Shown here in pieces: positions 50,339-60,620 of a stretch of DNA of 64,000 bases. Positions within the stretch are counted from its first letter, which is position 1. Each line of letters starts with the position of its first letter. Source of the DNA: Pseudomonadota bacterium (GTDB taxonomy: Bacteria; Desulfobacterota; Desulfobulbia; Desulfobulbales; SURF-16); contig JAHJKA010000048.1 in the NCBI GenBank assembly GCA_018822545.1, forward strand, positions 71,487 through 135,486, in the 5' to 3' direction. The position numbers were made by a program, and so were the translations under genes. The notes beneath the pieces are model-generated. The model saw only the letters and a list, made by a program, of their open reading frames with translations. It did no database searches and was not told where the DNA came from.

Positions 50339-51547
50339 TTAACCCACAACACTTGCCATTTTAAAGATCGGCAGATACATGGCAATAACAAGACCACCAA
50401 TAAGACCACCGAGAAAGACCATCATTACCGGCTCAATGGCAGAGGTGAGGTTATCGACGGCCTGATCAACCTCTTCATCATAGAAGTCAGCGATCTTTTC
50501 CAGCATAATGTCCAAGGCACCGGTGGACTCACCGACATTAATCATCTGCACCACCATACTGGGAAACACACCTGTCTCTTCAAGGGGTTCGGCAATGGTG
50601 CGGCCCTCGGTGATACTGTCAGCCACCCGGATGACAGCCTGTTCAATAATCTTATTCCCAGCAGTTCTGGCGACTACATTCAGCGACTCCAAAATCGGCA
50701 CACCACTCTGGATCATGGTACCCAAGGTTCGGGTAAACTTAGCCACTGCAATCCGGCGCAGGAGGGTGCCGAGAACCGGGGCATTCAGCAACATCCGATC
50801 AATGGCATAATGGCCCTTTTCCGTGGCATGAATTTTCTTAAACACAAAACTTATGGCAAACATGGTCCCGACGACGACATACCATTTACTTTGGGCAGCG
50901 GCACTCATGTCCACAACAAATTGCGTAAGTGCAGGCAATTCCGAGCCAAAATCAGCAAACATCTTTGAGAAAACCGGGACGACAAAGATCAAAATAACCG
51001 CTGTAATGATTCCTGAAATGGCAAGACAAATAACCGGATAGGTCATAGCGCCTTTCACCTTTTTCTTCAACGTCATATTCTTTTCCATGAATACGGCAAG
51101 ACGTCGTAAAATGGTATCGAGAATACCACCCACCTCACCGGCATCTACCATGTTGCAGTAGAGCGTATCAAAGGCCTTATCGTGCTTTTTCATAGCATCG
51201 GCAAAGGTGGTGCCGGTTTCCACATCCATCCGCACCTCGTTAAGCATTTTTTTGAAGGTGGGATTTTCCTGCTGATTACCAAGGATCTCAAGACTCTGCA
51301 CCAAGGGCAGCCCAGCATCAATCATGGTGGAGAGCTGACGGGTGAAGATAACCACATCCTTGCCGGTTACCTTGGGCTGAAAGAGGGCGATATTTTCAAA
51401 AATATCTTTTGGTTTCTCTTTAAGAGTGGTGATTGTTATTCTGGTTTTTCTGAGCTGGGACTCGGCGGCAGACTCGGTGGGGGCTTCGATCTTGCCTTTC
51501 CGTTTCTCGCCGTACGAGTTGACCCCTTTCCACAAATAAATTGGCAT
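50339..51547 (-). CDS. pilC: Type IV pilus / T2SS platform protein (PilC/GspF)
   Basis: FTRQLSTMIDAG, AGE.GG.LD, AMTYP, VGESTG.LD.ML, MYLPIF. Confidence 0.92.
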   Translation of the reverse strand: MPIYLWKGVNSYGEKRKGKIEAPTESAAESQLRKTRITITTLKEKPKDIFENIALFQPKVTGKDVVIFTRQLSTMIDAGLPLVQSLEILGNQQENPTFKKMLNEVRMDVETGTTFADAMKKHDKAFDTLYCNMVDAGEVGGILDTILRRLAVFMEKNMTLKKKVKGAMTYPVICLAISGIITAVILIFVVPVFSKMFADFGSELPALTQFVVDMSAAAQSKWYVVVGTMFAISFVFKKIHATEKGHYAIDRMLLNAPVLGTLLRRIAVAKFTRTLGTMIQSGVPILESLNVVARTAGNKIIEQAVIRVADSITEGRTIAEPLEETGVFPSMVVQMINVGESTGALDIMLEKIADFYDEEVDQAVDNLTSAIEPVMMVFLGGLIGGLVIAMYLPIFKMASVVG

Positions 51548-51719
51548 ATTTTACCTCGATTTTGACTTCACAAATGTGTAACCAAATGTTTTTCAAAGAG
51601 ATTCTATAGAAATATTCTCTAAAAAACAAGAAGAATGAAGGTTACACCTTTCCAGCCCCCAATTAATTTGACTCAACCACAATCGCTTCATGCTCCGCAG
51701 GACATTACTAACTTTATCA

Positions 51720-51748
51720 TTGACAAGGTCAAGCAGACCAACTATTAA
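51720..51748 (+). promoter_or_regulatory. Putative sigma70 promoter for the PxxKW gene
   Basis: TTGACA-N17-TATTAA. Confidence 0.4.
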
Positions 51749-51869
51749 ATACTGTTTTTTCGGTACAGAACCCTCTTCAAACAATAGATAACGCCAACCT
51801 AGCAATAATATTACTTTTCTGGCGTTTAGCACAACATTTTATAGCTAATTTTTTTTAAGGAGCTAAGTC

Positions 51870-52139
51870 ATGGCAAAGGCGAGCAAAAACAAAGCTGCCC
51901 AAAACACCGAGCAATACAGTAGTGGATTCTTTACACCTATCATTGAAAAATGTGACGGTTGTGATCGGATTATTGAAGTTGACAACAGTAAATTTTGTCA
52001 GACTTACGCCCTTCCAGACTCAAAATGGAAACTTGGCATCTGTAATTTCGCGACCCACGTGAAACCAGAAATCAAGGTCATCAAAATCAAGGTCAACCCG
52101 CTGAAAGCTGCAAAACGGGCCTCTGGTAAGAAAAAATAA
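51870..52139 (+). CDS. PxxKW family cysteine-rich protein
   Basis: C.GC, C..Y..PDSKW..G.CN.ATH, NPLKA.KR basic tail; AAGGAG SD. Confidence 0.85.
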   Translation: MAKASKNKAAQNTEQYSSGFFTPIIEKCDGCDRIIEVDNSKFCQTYALPDSKWKLGICNFATHVKPEIKVIKIKVNPLKAAKRASGKKK

Positions 52140-52161
52140 ATTTCTTTTTCAGCAGTCAAGG

Positions 52162-52207
52162 CAAATAAAAAAAGGTGCTTTATGTAATAAGCACCTTTTT
52201 TTATTTG
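52162..52207. terminator. Bidirectional terminator
   Basis: 19-bp inverted repeat CAAATAAAAAAAGGTGCTT / AAGCACCTTTTTTTATTTG. Confidence 0.8.
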
Positions 52208-52755
52208 GTATTTGGCCACTGGGAGCGAATAAACTCTTTATCCGCCAAAATGGCCCTGAATCTTTCATAATTCTCGGAAAAATGGTTGGGAGCTGCACCA
52301 TTATCAATAATCATAGTGGCAACCCTTCTCAGTAAACTTTCCGACCTGTCATTTATTGCATTCAGTATCCGATCCATTACCTTCTGAGGTTTCATCTCAT
52401 AAGGCGGCATTTTTTTAGTCAAGGCTAGTACCACTAGGTTCTCATTAAGTTCGGCGATCAATCTGATAATCCTTGGCACATCGTAAATATCCGCAACTTG
52501 CAAAAACTCCTCCTGCATCTCAGGATCAAGTCCTGCCAATACCACTCGAAGCTCCTCTTCGTTTTCCACATTCTCCTCACTGAAAAGAAGCCGGACATAA
52601 GGGGTCAGTTCCCCATGGGAAAGATTTCTCCTCCGACATTCTGTGACAAGCCACTCCACCTGCATCTCAGGACTCCGAGCAATAAAGGGTAAATAGTTTT
52701 GATACCATCGCCTCCTGCTCATCTCTTTTGTCTTTGGCTCACAGCTCTGGTCCAT
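52201..52755 (-). CDS. Hypothetical protein
   Basis: Open frame; likely start ATG 52755, overlapping the response regulator 3' end. Confidence 0.7.
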   Translation of the reverse strand: MDQSCEPKTKEMSRRRWYQNYLPFIARSPEMQVEWLVTECRRRNLSHGELTPYVRLLFSEENVENEEELRVVLAGLDPEMQEEFLQVADIYDVPRIIRLIAELNENLVVLALTKKMPPYEMKPQKVMDRILNAINDRSESLLRRVATMIIDNGAAPNHFSENYERFRAILADKEFIRSQWPNTK

Positions 52756-53146
52756 AATTTTCTCGGATGACCTTATCAATAATGTATGCGAAATATTCTT
52801 TGGTGAATGGCTTTGTAACATACTGGCTTACCCCTTCCCGGTAAGCCGTCAAAACACTATAGAGCTGTGCCTCGGCGGTCAATAAGACAAATGGGAGGTT
52901 GCGAGTAGCTTCACTGCTCCGCACCATCTTTAAAAATTCCATACCGGTTAATCCTGGCATGGATAAATCAGAGAGAATCAGCTTGATCTTACCCTCCGCA
53001 ACTATTTCAAGAGCCATCTGCACACCCGAGGCCTCAAAAATGTCTACAAATCCCATTTCCCGTAGACGCTTTGCTATAATCTGCCTCATTATCTTCGAAT
53101 CATCAACAATGAGGACGGAAATGGACTCGGTGGTCATCACAGGCAC
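52739..53146 (-). CDS. Single-domain response regulator (CheY-like)
   Basis: LIVDDS, ILSD.SMP..TG, LLTAE, YVTKPF. Confidence 0.9.
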   Translation of the reverse strand: MPVMTTESISVLIVDDSKIMRQIIAKRLREMGFVDIFEASGVQMALEIVAEGKIKLILSDLSMPGLTGMEFLKMVRSSEATRNLPFVLLTAEAQLYSVLTAYREGVSQYVTKPFTKEYFAYIIDKVIRENYGPEL

Positions 53147-53282
53147 CCTAGCACCAAAAACTCTCTATTTCCCCAATGACATACATCATTACGTAAATTG
53201 ATATACTTCATAGTAATCCCTAACCAATAACATTACCACGACTGGTGCCGCCGCGAGTCAATCTTACGTATTTTTTATCCAA

Positions 53283-53311
53283 TTGACCCTTCTATCGCAG
53301 TACTGTAAAGT
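53283..53311 (+). promoter_or_regulatory. Putative sigma70 promoter
   Basis: TTGACC-N17-TAAAGT upstream of the ORF at 53388. Confidence 0.45.
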
Positions 53312-53387
53312 AAATTTCTCTAGGATTCATCCGTTTATTTCAAGGCTAAAGTCAGTTCCCCCTCAAATTTGAACAACGTCAACAACC

Positions 53388-54296
53388 ATGCCAAAGAAAC
53401 ATTCGTCAACTCCCCTTCTCCCCATTTTCGTCATTTGTGCCGTAATTGTCGGCGGTCTCTTCTTCCTTTTTAAACCACGGCAAGAAATTCCTGTTACACC
53501 AGCATCACCAAGCCAAGAAACAATGCACTTCTCCCCTGATGAGTATATCGAAAAACCTCATCAAAACAAAAATATTGATGACAACCTCACAAGCCAATCC
53601 TCGGATGAACAGGAACCTCTTTTACGCCTGGCGCCGATGGAAGCCCCTTTAATCAATCCATGCTTTGCGGCAAGTCAAAAACTTGATCTTTTCTTCACCT
53701 ACCTTGACGACCAGGAATATATTCAAAAATATCAATTCCCCCATGACAGCAAAGAATTGATCAGCAACCTCATTAATACTCTCTTAAAGTCGCCCCCTGT
53801 CATCAATGGCAAAATTCTTAGCAGTTCAGACATTATCCGGAACTCAGCTCATATCTACCGGACTCTGGGGACACAAAACCTTACCATCCTATATAAAATC
53901 ATTGAAAACGAAGCTGACCTCATGGAAGAAACCTGCCGCTCTTTCCATGAATGGTTCAATATCTCAACACAATGCCTTAACCACTCCTACCCTTTGCGAC
54001 CAAGCCTTGAGAGCCTCTATGAATATGCCTCATTTTTCTTGGAAACAACGGGTGGCAAAGCATACCTGGCACGCCGGGAAGGCAACCTCCGTCTCCTTGC
54101 TCAATATTACAGTGTACTCATTATCCATCAGGCAGACCAGCGTGAGCTGAACAAATACAACATCAAGCTGACACCTCTTCTCCCCCTTCTTATTGAAGAG
54201 ATTGAGGAGTCGGATGAACTGGCAGACAAAAAAAGCTACCTTGCCTCTCTCTATGACATTCGTGAACAGCTTGCTGATCGTCCGGGATATCAATAA
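53388..54296 (+). CDS. Membrane-anchored hypothetical protein
   Basis: N-terminal TM, linker, then helical domain (LYEYASFFLETTGGKAYLARR). Confidence 0.78.
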   Translation: MPKKHSSTPLLPIFVICAVIVGGLFFLFKPRQEIPVTPASPSQETMHFSPDEYIEKPHQNKNIDDNLTSQSSDEQEPLLRLAPMEAPLINPCFAASQKLDLFFTYLDDQEYIQKYQFPHDSKELISNLINTLLKSPPVINGKILSSSDIIRNSAHIYRTLGTQNLTILYKIIENEADLMEETCRSFHEWFNISTQCLNHSYPLRPSLESLYEYASFFLETTGGKAYLARREGNLRLLAQYYSVLIIHQADQRELNKYNIKLTPLLPLLIEEIEESDELADKKSYLASLYDIREQLADRPGYQ

Positions 54297-54307
54297 GAAA
54301 ACCCCGT

Positions 54308-54364
54308 ACACCAAATAAAAAAGGCGCCATGCAGGTTATGCATGGCGCCTTTTTTATTTGGTGT
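54308..54364. terminator. Bidirectional terminator with a 26-bp perfect stem
   Basis: ACACCAAATAAAAAAGGCGCCATGCA-GGTTA-TGCATGGCGCCTTTTTTATTTGGTGT. Confidence 0.85.
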
Positions 54365-54374
54365 GCAAAAAATC

Positions 54375-55088
54375 CTAATCCCGGTTTCCCAGGAAACGCA
54401 GCAGCATTAAAAAGAGATTAATAAAATCAAGATAGAGGGTAAGAGCGCCCAGGATTGCCATTTTTTTCATGGCACCTTCACTGCCGGACATTGCCGTAAC
54501 ACCCATCTGACTTATGCGCTGGACATCATAGGCCGTAAGACCGGTAAAGACGATAACGCCGATTCCGGAAATCACCCAGCTCATCATGGAACTCTGCATA
54601 AAGATATTCACCACACTGGCAATAATGATTCCAATAAGCCCCATAAACATAAAAGAGCCTAAACTGGAAAGATCCTTTTTGGTGACATAGCCATAAATGG
54701 CCATGGAACCAAACATGCCTGCCGTTACCAAGAAAGTCGTGGCAACCGATGTGGCTGTATAGAGCATGAGAACCAAGGACAGGGTAACGCCATTTAAGGC
54801 AGAGTAGAGCAAAAAGAGTCCAGTGGCTGTTTTCGCCTCCAGCTTCTCAATACGAGCCGAAAGATAGACAACAATGCCAAGCTCGGCAAAGATGAGTCCA
54901 TAAAAAACGATGCGATTAACATAAAAAAACTGCACGGCAGCTTCTGAAGAGGCCACCATAAAGGCAACCACGGCTGTAACTCCAAGGCCTATGGCCATCC
55001 AGTTAAAAACCTTTGCCAGAAAAATGGTAACTGCCTGGGTTTGGGCCGTACTAGTGTATGGGGCCCTATCTACTTGATTTTGAAACAT
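54375..55088 (-). CDS. Bax inhibitor-1/YccA family membrane protein
   Basis: About 7 TM; TKKDLS..G, TAYD.Q, GALTLYLDFINLF. Confidence 0.92.
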   Translation of the reverse strand: MFQNQVDRAPYTSTAQTQAVTIFLAKVFNWMAIGLGVTAVVAFMVASSEAAVQFFYVNRIVFYGLIFAELGIVVYLSARIEKLEAKTATGLFLLYSALNGVTLSLVLMLYTATSVATTFLVTAGMFGSMAIYGYVTKKDLSSLGSFMFMGLIGIIIASVVNIFMQSSMMSWVISGIGVIVFTGLTAYDVQRISQMGVTAMSGSEGAMKKMAILGALTLYLDFINLFLMLLRFLGNRD

Positions 55089-55202
55089 CTACTTGTCTCC
55101 TTGAGTAAAAAAACAGTTAATAATGATCTCAATAATAATTTTGCCATTCATTTTAGGCAAGGCCTGTCATAAAATTCTTTTTGAAAATTGCCCTGGCTTC
55201 GT

Positions 55203-56267
55203 TTATTTGTCAGCCATCAGCCTGGCAAGAGGCCGGGTGCTGTCGAGCTGCTCCATGCCAATCTTGATAGCGGCGGTCAAGGGCACAGAAAGCAGCATGC
55301 CGGCAATCCCCCACATCCATCCCCAAAAAAGCAGGGAAAGAAGAACCACCAGCGGGCTCAAATTCAGACCACGCCCCATCACTTTTGGTTCCACGACATT
55401 TCCCACCACCATCTGAATAGTGATCAAAAGCCCTGCCACAATCAGGGTCTTTGTCACCGACCCCGTCTGAAAAAGGGTAATCGCCACCGGCGGCACCACT
55501 GAAATAAGTGAGCCGATATTGGGAATGAAATTAAGGGCAAAGGCAAGTACTCCCCACAACACGGCAAAATGAATACCAAAGAGCATAAGACAGATACTCA
55601 CAAGGAACCCTGTCAGGGCGCTAATGGCTGTCTTTAAGCCAAGATAATGCTGGACGGCTTTATTGATTCGTCCCAGGGCCGCAAGTACCGGTTCGCTGTT
55701 TTCCCGTCCCAGAGACCGTACTACCCGGAGCGGAAATCCTTCCCTTTCAGCCATGAGAAAAATCAAAAAAAGCAAAACCCACATGGTATCGCCGAGAAAG
55801 GAAAAAAAGGAGCCGCTCATTTTCTGGACCATGGCACCAATGGGCTTAAAATCGGCCTGGCTGAAGCTCGCCAAAAAAGAGGCATACATCTCCTTTGCCT
55901 CAACCACAGACATCCCCGCTAAAGAAAGAAGGAGCTGTCCATAGCTCCAAAACTTTTCCTCAAAAAAAGGCAGCTGTTCATGAAATTCCTTGATATTGGC
56001 AGCGACCAAGCGACCAAACAGATACATAAAAATAAAACAAAGACAAACCACAACAAAAATACGTAGAAAATTCGGGATGTTAAGGCGAGCCAAAAGATCA
56101 AGGGGCATACCAAGGGCGTACACGAGAAGAATGGCAACGGCAAAAGGGACAAATAAAAATGACAGCGTTTTTAAAATCAGCGTGCCCAGAACAGCGATAA
56201 GGAGCCACGCCGCCCATTGCACCACTTTTTCACCAGGCATTTTTATTATTTTTTCCATCTCAGCCAT
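55203..56267 (-). CDS. AI-2E family transporter
   Basis: LNFIPNIGS, GN.VEPK.MG..L.LSP, WG..GM.LSVPL. Confidence 0.9.
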   Translation of the reverse strand: MAEMEKIIKMPGEKVVQWAAWLLIAVLGTLILKTLSFLFVPFAVAILLVYALGMPLDLLARLNIPNFLRIFVVVCLCFIFMYLFGRLVAANIKEFHEQLPFFEEKFWSYGQLLLSLAGMSVVEAKEMYASFLASFSQADFKPIGAMVQKMSGSFFSFLGDTMWVLLFLIFLMAEREGFPLRVVRSLGRENSEPVLAALGRINKAVQHYLGLKTAISALTGFLVSICLMLFGIHFAVLWGVLAFALNFIPNIGSLISVVPPVAITLFQTGSVTKTLIVAGLLITIQMVVGNVVEPKVMGRGLNLSPLVVLLSLLFWGWMWGIAGMLLSVPLTAAIKIGMEQLDSTRPLARLMADK

Positions 56268-56451
56268 TCTTACCCTCTGTGCTCTTGTAATCTCTGTCTT
56301 GTCTTACGCGTAACATACACAAAGCCTCTCACTGATGAGCACCACCCTTCAAGTTAACAAAATATTGGCGCGGAACACTCATGTTTCAGCCACAAAATGC
56401 GAAAAATCTCAGCTCTGCCACTGATTCAGACAGGTAAGGCTCTCCAATGTA

Positions 56452-56460
56452 TGGTATACT
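56452..56460 (+). promoter_or_regulatory. Putative extended -10 promoter of the SNF2 gene
   Basis: TG-G-TATACT, 33 bp upstream of the ATG. Confidence 0.4.
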
Positions 56461-56493
56461 ACTCGATTTTCAACTCAGGAACAAAACTCATTT

Positions 56494-59400
56494 ATGACGC
56501 TTCAACGTCCCCATAAACGCCAAAACTTACTCCAGACCGTTGCCACTCTCAGCAATGAAGAGCGGGCTGTCTTGCAACTTTTGGCGGTCCTGTATACCCC
56601 GATCCCCGATCACCTACTCAAAAAATGCCTTCTGGCCTGGCCAGCTTTTCCCAGTCAAAGCCTGGAGACAACCCCCCTTTCTTTTATTATCAAAAGGTTG
56701 GTGGACAAAAAACTTATCTCTGGACAACGGCAATGCCATGCCATCCTTACCGAACCTTTAACCAGGGAAATGGTTGCCGCTAAAAAATTAAACCCCCTGG
56801 TGAAAATTATCCGTCGCATCATGCCGCCGGAGGATAAACCATCACAAAACACCTGCCTGCGCGAAATGCGCTTTGGTCTCTATCTTCATGACTTTGATCA
56901 CTTCAACTATTTTTTCCTGAGATATCACAGCTTCCCGACCCAGAAAGGTATCTCGCCCCTGACCAGAATCTTAAACAACCCCTTTTCCTCTTCTCTGATC
57001 CTCACCCTACCGATCCATCTGCGCATCCACGCCCTCCAGCATATCGTTACCGATTCCCTCAGCCGCATGCTCAACCTGGAAATACCCCTTCTTTTTCTCC
57101 TTGAGGATAAAAATTGGCGTTCTACTCCCAAGGCTGGTCTGGATTCCCTTGCCTATTTGCGCGGTGTTTGTTTCCTGTTTCGCGGCGAGTTTGCCAAGGT
57201 GAAGGAGCATTGCCGGTTTACCGAGGAGTCGGGCAGTTTCGGCATCTATGGTTGGTTGGCTTTCTGCCTGGGACAGATAGATGACTCCCTTGATTTTTTT
57301 GAATCAGACCTAAAAATACTGCGCCGCCAAAACGGCGCCGACTTTTTCTTCCCTGGCCCTGAAGGTTTTTTCTTTCTCCTTGCCCTGTTGAAGAAGGGGG
57401 ATTTCAGTCAGGCTCACCGTATTCTCCATTTTATTAAAAATTTCATCCATAATCAGCCAGATAGCCCTCTGGCCCCATGTTTTCAGTCTCTGCAACAGTT
57501 TATTGTTTTCCGCCGCCGGTCTTTTGGGGCCTATAGTGAACCACCCGATTTTATCGGCGACAACTCACCGCTCTCCATTCTTATTGCCAACCTCTGCTAT
57601 TTCTGGATTCACCACACCCTGCCGGACACACAGATCTCCACCTTAAGAAACTGTACCCAAAAAGCCCGCCATAACGGCTTTGAGTGGCTAGCCACAGAAT
57701 TTTCTAGTCTGGCAGACCCCGGCAAGAAGACCGACGCCCCTTCTTTTGCCCTCGCCCACCTTATCCCTCCCCAGGAATCATGGCAGCGAGCTCTCAGTGC
57801 CTTAAGTGCCCTTAAAGATGAAGAGATTGCTGAGTTCAGTCAACCCAAAGTCAGACTTGCCTGGCTCATTGATTTTAGCGCCGGCTTTCTCACCATCTCC
57901 CCTCGCCTGCAAAAAAGAAAAAAAACTGGCATCTGGCCCTCCGGCCGACCTGTCTCCTTGCAGCGCCTTTTTAACAAAACACAGGTCGATTTTCTCAACA
58001 AACAGGACCATGAAATACTCTCAACCCTTAAAGAAATCACAGTGCGCGGCATCACCAGCTATGATTTCGACATGTCCCGCACCCTGCCGACCTTGATCGG
58101 CCACCCTCTCCTTTTCCTGGCCGAATCACCCGAAACACCAGTGGAAATAACAGCTGGCGTGCCTGAACTTTTTGTCTCAAAACAAGGTGACCAACTTCTG
58201 CTTCGTCTTACTCCAGAGATAGGCGATGAGCCCACCATCGCAATCCGTGAGGACAGGGCACGCTTTAAGATAGTCAAGATCACCCCGGAGCACCGACGTA
58301 TTGTCGAAATTATCGGCTCGGAAGGGTTATTGATCCCCGAAGATGCCAAAGATCAGGTTCTTGGCACCTTGGGCATCCTGTCATCTTCGGTGACTGTCCA
58401 CTCTGAGATTGGCCCGCAGGCAAGTGATGTCCCGCACATCCCTTCAGATCCTACTCCGGTGCTTCAGCTCACCCCGGTGGGTTCCGGTTTCCGCCTTGCC
58501 ATGCTGATCCGCCCCTTTGGAGCAAAAGGTCCCTATCTGACGCCCACCTATGGCGCCCACACCCTGATTGCTGAAATGAGCGGCAAGAAACAACAGACGC
58601 ACCGTGATTTTGACCTGGAAAAACAGAAATGCCAGAATGTCATTGCCAGCTGTCCCATTTTAGAAAGGGAAGATCATCTGGACTACCAATGGCAACTCAG
58701 CGATCCTGAGTCATGCCTGGTTCTTCTTGAAGAACTGCAGGCCTTGCAAGAACCTGTTCGTCTGGAATGGCCGGAAGGAGAAAAATTACGAATCACTAAC
58801 AAGGTTGATTTTCGTCATATCAGGATGAAAATCAAGAAAAAAGGAAGCTGGTTCGAGGTTGATGGCAGCATCGAACTTGACCAGGATAAGGTGATGGACA
58901 TGCGGCAGCTCCTGCAGCTCGTCCAAAACCGGCAGAGCCGTTTCATCCCTCTGCAAAACGGGCAGTTTATTTCCCTGTCCCGTGCTCTGCGCCGCCATCT
59001 TCATGATTTTGCCGTGGCCTCCCGTCATAAAGACAAAGAAATCATTCTGCACCCCCTGGCCGTTCACATGCTGGACACCTTTGAACATGACGGCAGCCAA
59101 CTTTCCGGCACTCAAGCCTGGCATAACCAGCGGCAACGAATCATTGAGGCCCAGAAGCTTGAACCGTCTGTGCCATCAACCCTGCAGGCCAAACTACGCG
59201 ATTACCAGATAGAAGGTTTCCGCTGGATGAGTCGCATAGCACACTGGGGAGGGGGTGCCTGCCTGGCCGACGATATGGGGCTTGGCAAAACCATCCAGGC
59301 TTTAGCCGTCATCCTCGAACGGGCAAGCGAAGGGCCCAGTCTTGTCATCGCTCCAACCTCGGTGTGTCTCAACTGGCAGGCAGAGGTGGATCAGTTCAGC

Positions 59401-60573
59401 CCTACCTTACGGCCAATTATCTTCGGCCAGCAGGATCGAACAGCTCTGATGGCAAATCTTGGCCCCTTTGATCTGATCATCGCAAGCTACGGCCTCCTCC
59501 AACAGGAGGAAAAACTTTTTTCCGAAATCAACTGGCAAACCATTATTCTTGATGAGGCTCAGGCCATTAAAAACATGACCACCAAACGCTCCAAGGCGGC
59601 CATGAATCTCCAGGCAAAATTCAAGGCCATCACCACCGGCACGCCCATTGAAAATCATCTGGGCGAACTCTGGAACCTTTTCAATTTCATCAACCCCGGC
59701 TTGCTTGGCAGTTTGAAAGATTTTAACCAGAATTTCGCCATCCCCATTGAACGTCATAACGATTCAGACAAACGACGCATCCTTAAAAAAATCCTGCAAC
59801 CCTTTGTGCTGCGACGCCTTAAATCACAGGTCCTCGAAGAGCTCCCATCACGCACGGAAATCGTCCTTAAAGTAGAAATGAGTCAGGAAGAGGTCATTTT
59901 TTACGAGGCCCTACGCCAGGAATCCCTCGCCGGTATCACCAATGACTCTTCTACCGCCAACCGGCCCATGAAAATTCTGGCCGCCATAACACGTCTGCGT
60001 CAGGCAAGTTGCCATCCGCGCCTGGTGTCGCCGACAAGCAATATCCCCAGTTCCAAACTCAACCTCTTTGCCAAGGTTATTGACGATTTATTGGAGAACA
60101 ACCATAAGGCCCTGGTTTTCAGCCAATTTGTCAGCCACCTGACCTTGATCCGTGAACATCTGGACGCCCGTGGCATATCGTATCAGTATCTTGACGGCTC
60201 AACTCCGCCCGTGCAAAGACAGAAACGGGTTGACTCCTTCCAAAACGGCGAGGGAGACCTCTTTCTCATCAGCCTGAAGGCCGGAGGTGTTGGTCTCAAT
60301 CTCACGGCTGCCGACTATGTCATCCACATGGACCCTTGGTGGAACCCAGCTGTAGAGGATCAGGCTTCTGACCGTGCCCATCGCATCGGTCAGATCCACC
60401 CGGTAACTATTTACCGACTGGTCTGCTCTCATACCATTGAAGAGAAAATTCTCTCTCTGCATCGAGAGAAAAAAGACCTGGCCGATAGCCTCCTCGAAGG
60501 CACCGACATGCCAACAAGACTCGACACAGAGGCACTTCTCACCTTGCTCCAGGAAAACAGACCGTCTTCCTAG
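56494..60573 (+). CDS. SNF2/SWI2-family helicase with long N-terminal region
   Basis: LRDYQ, LADDMGLGKT, DEAQ, TGTPIEN, SLKAGG.GLNL, QASDRAHRIGQ. Confidence 0.92.
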   Translation: MTLQRPHKRQNLLQTVATLSNEERAVLQLLAVLYTPIPDHLLKKCLLAWPAFPSQSLETTPLSFIIKRLVDKKLISGQRQCHAILTEPLTREMVAAKKLNPLVKIIRRIMPPEDKPSQNTCLREMRFGLYLHDFDHFNYFFLRYHSFPTQKGISPLTRILNNPFSSSLILTLPIHLRIHALQHIVTDSLSRMLNLEIPLLFLLEDKNWRSTPKAGLDSLAYLRGVCFLFRGEFAKVKEHCRFTEESGSFGIYGWLAFCLGQIDDSLDFFESDLKILRRQNGADFFFPGPEGFFFLLALLKKGDFSQAHRILHFIKNFIHNQPDSPLAPCFQSLQQFIVFRRRSFGAYSEPPDFIGDNSPLSILIANLCYFWIHHTLPDTQISTLRNCTQKARHNGFEWLATEFSSLADPGKKTDAPSFALAHLIPPQESWQRALSALSALKDEEIAEFSQPKVRLAWLIDFSAGFLTISPRLQKRKKTGIWPSGRPVSLQRLFNKTQVDFLNKQDHEILSTLKEITVRGITSYDFDMSRTLPTLIGHPLLFLAESPETPVEITAGVPELFVSKQGDQLLLRLTPEIGDEPTIAIREDRARFKIVKITPEHRRIVEIIGSEGLLIPEDAKDQVLGTLGILSSSVTVHSEIGPQASDVPHIPSDPTPVLQLTPVGSGFRLAMLIRPFGAKGPYLTPTYGAHTLIAEMSGKKQQTHRDFDLEKQKCQNVIASCPILEREDHLDYQWQLSDPESCLVLLEELQALQEPVRLEWPEGEKLRITNKVDFRHIRMKIKKKGSWFEVDGSIELDQDKVMDMRQLLQLVQNRQSRFIPLQNGQFISLSRALRRHLHDFAVASRHKDKEIILHPLAVHMLDTFEHDGSQLSGTQAWHNQRQRIIEAQKLEPSVPSTLQAKLRDYQIEGFRWMSRIAHWGGGACLADDMGLGKTIQALAVILERASEGPSLVIAPTSVCLNWQAEVDQFSPTLRPIIFGQQDRTALMANLGPFDLIIASYGLLQQEEKLFSEINWQTIILDEAQAIKNMTTKRSKAAMNLQAKFKAITTGTPIENHLGELWNLFNFINPGLLGSLKDFNQNFAIPIERHNDSDKRRILKKILQPFVLRRLKSQVLEELPSRTEIVLKVEMSQEEVIFYEALRQESLAGITNDSSTANRPMKILAAITRLRQASCHPRLVSPTSNIPSSKLNLFAKVIDDLLENNHKALVFSQFVSHLTLIREHLDARGISYQYLDGSTPPVQRQKRVDSFQNGEGDLFLISLKAGGVGLNLTAADYVIHMDPWWNPAVEDQASDRAHRIGQIHPVTIYRLVCSHTIEEKILSLHREKKDLADSLLEGTDMPTRLDTEALLTLLQENRPSS

Positions 60574-60620
60574 GACTGACGACCTTCTCTGCTTTTTCTG
60601 ATTATTTCACGACCAAAACA

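Noticed and set aside
56332-56400. CTGATGAG resembling a hammerhead ribozyme core
   Set aside because: The following strand reads GGAAC rather than GAAAC, and no stem I can be formed.
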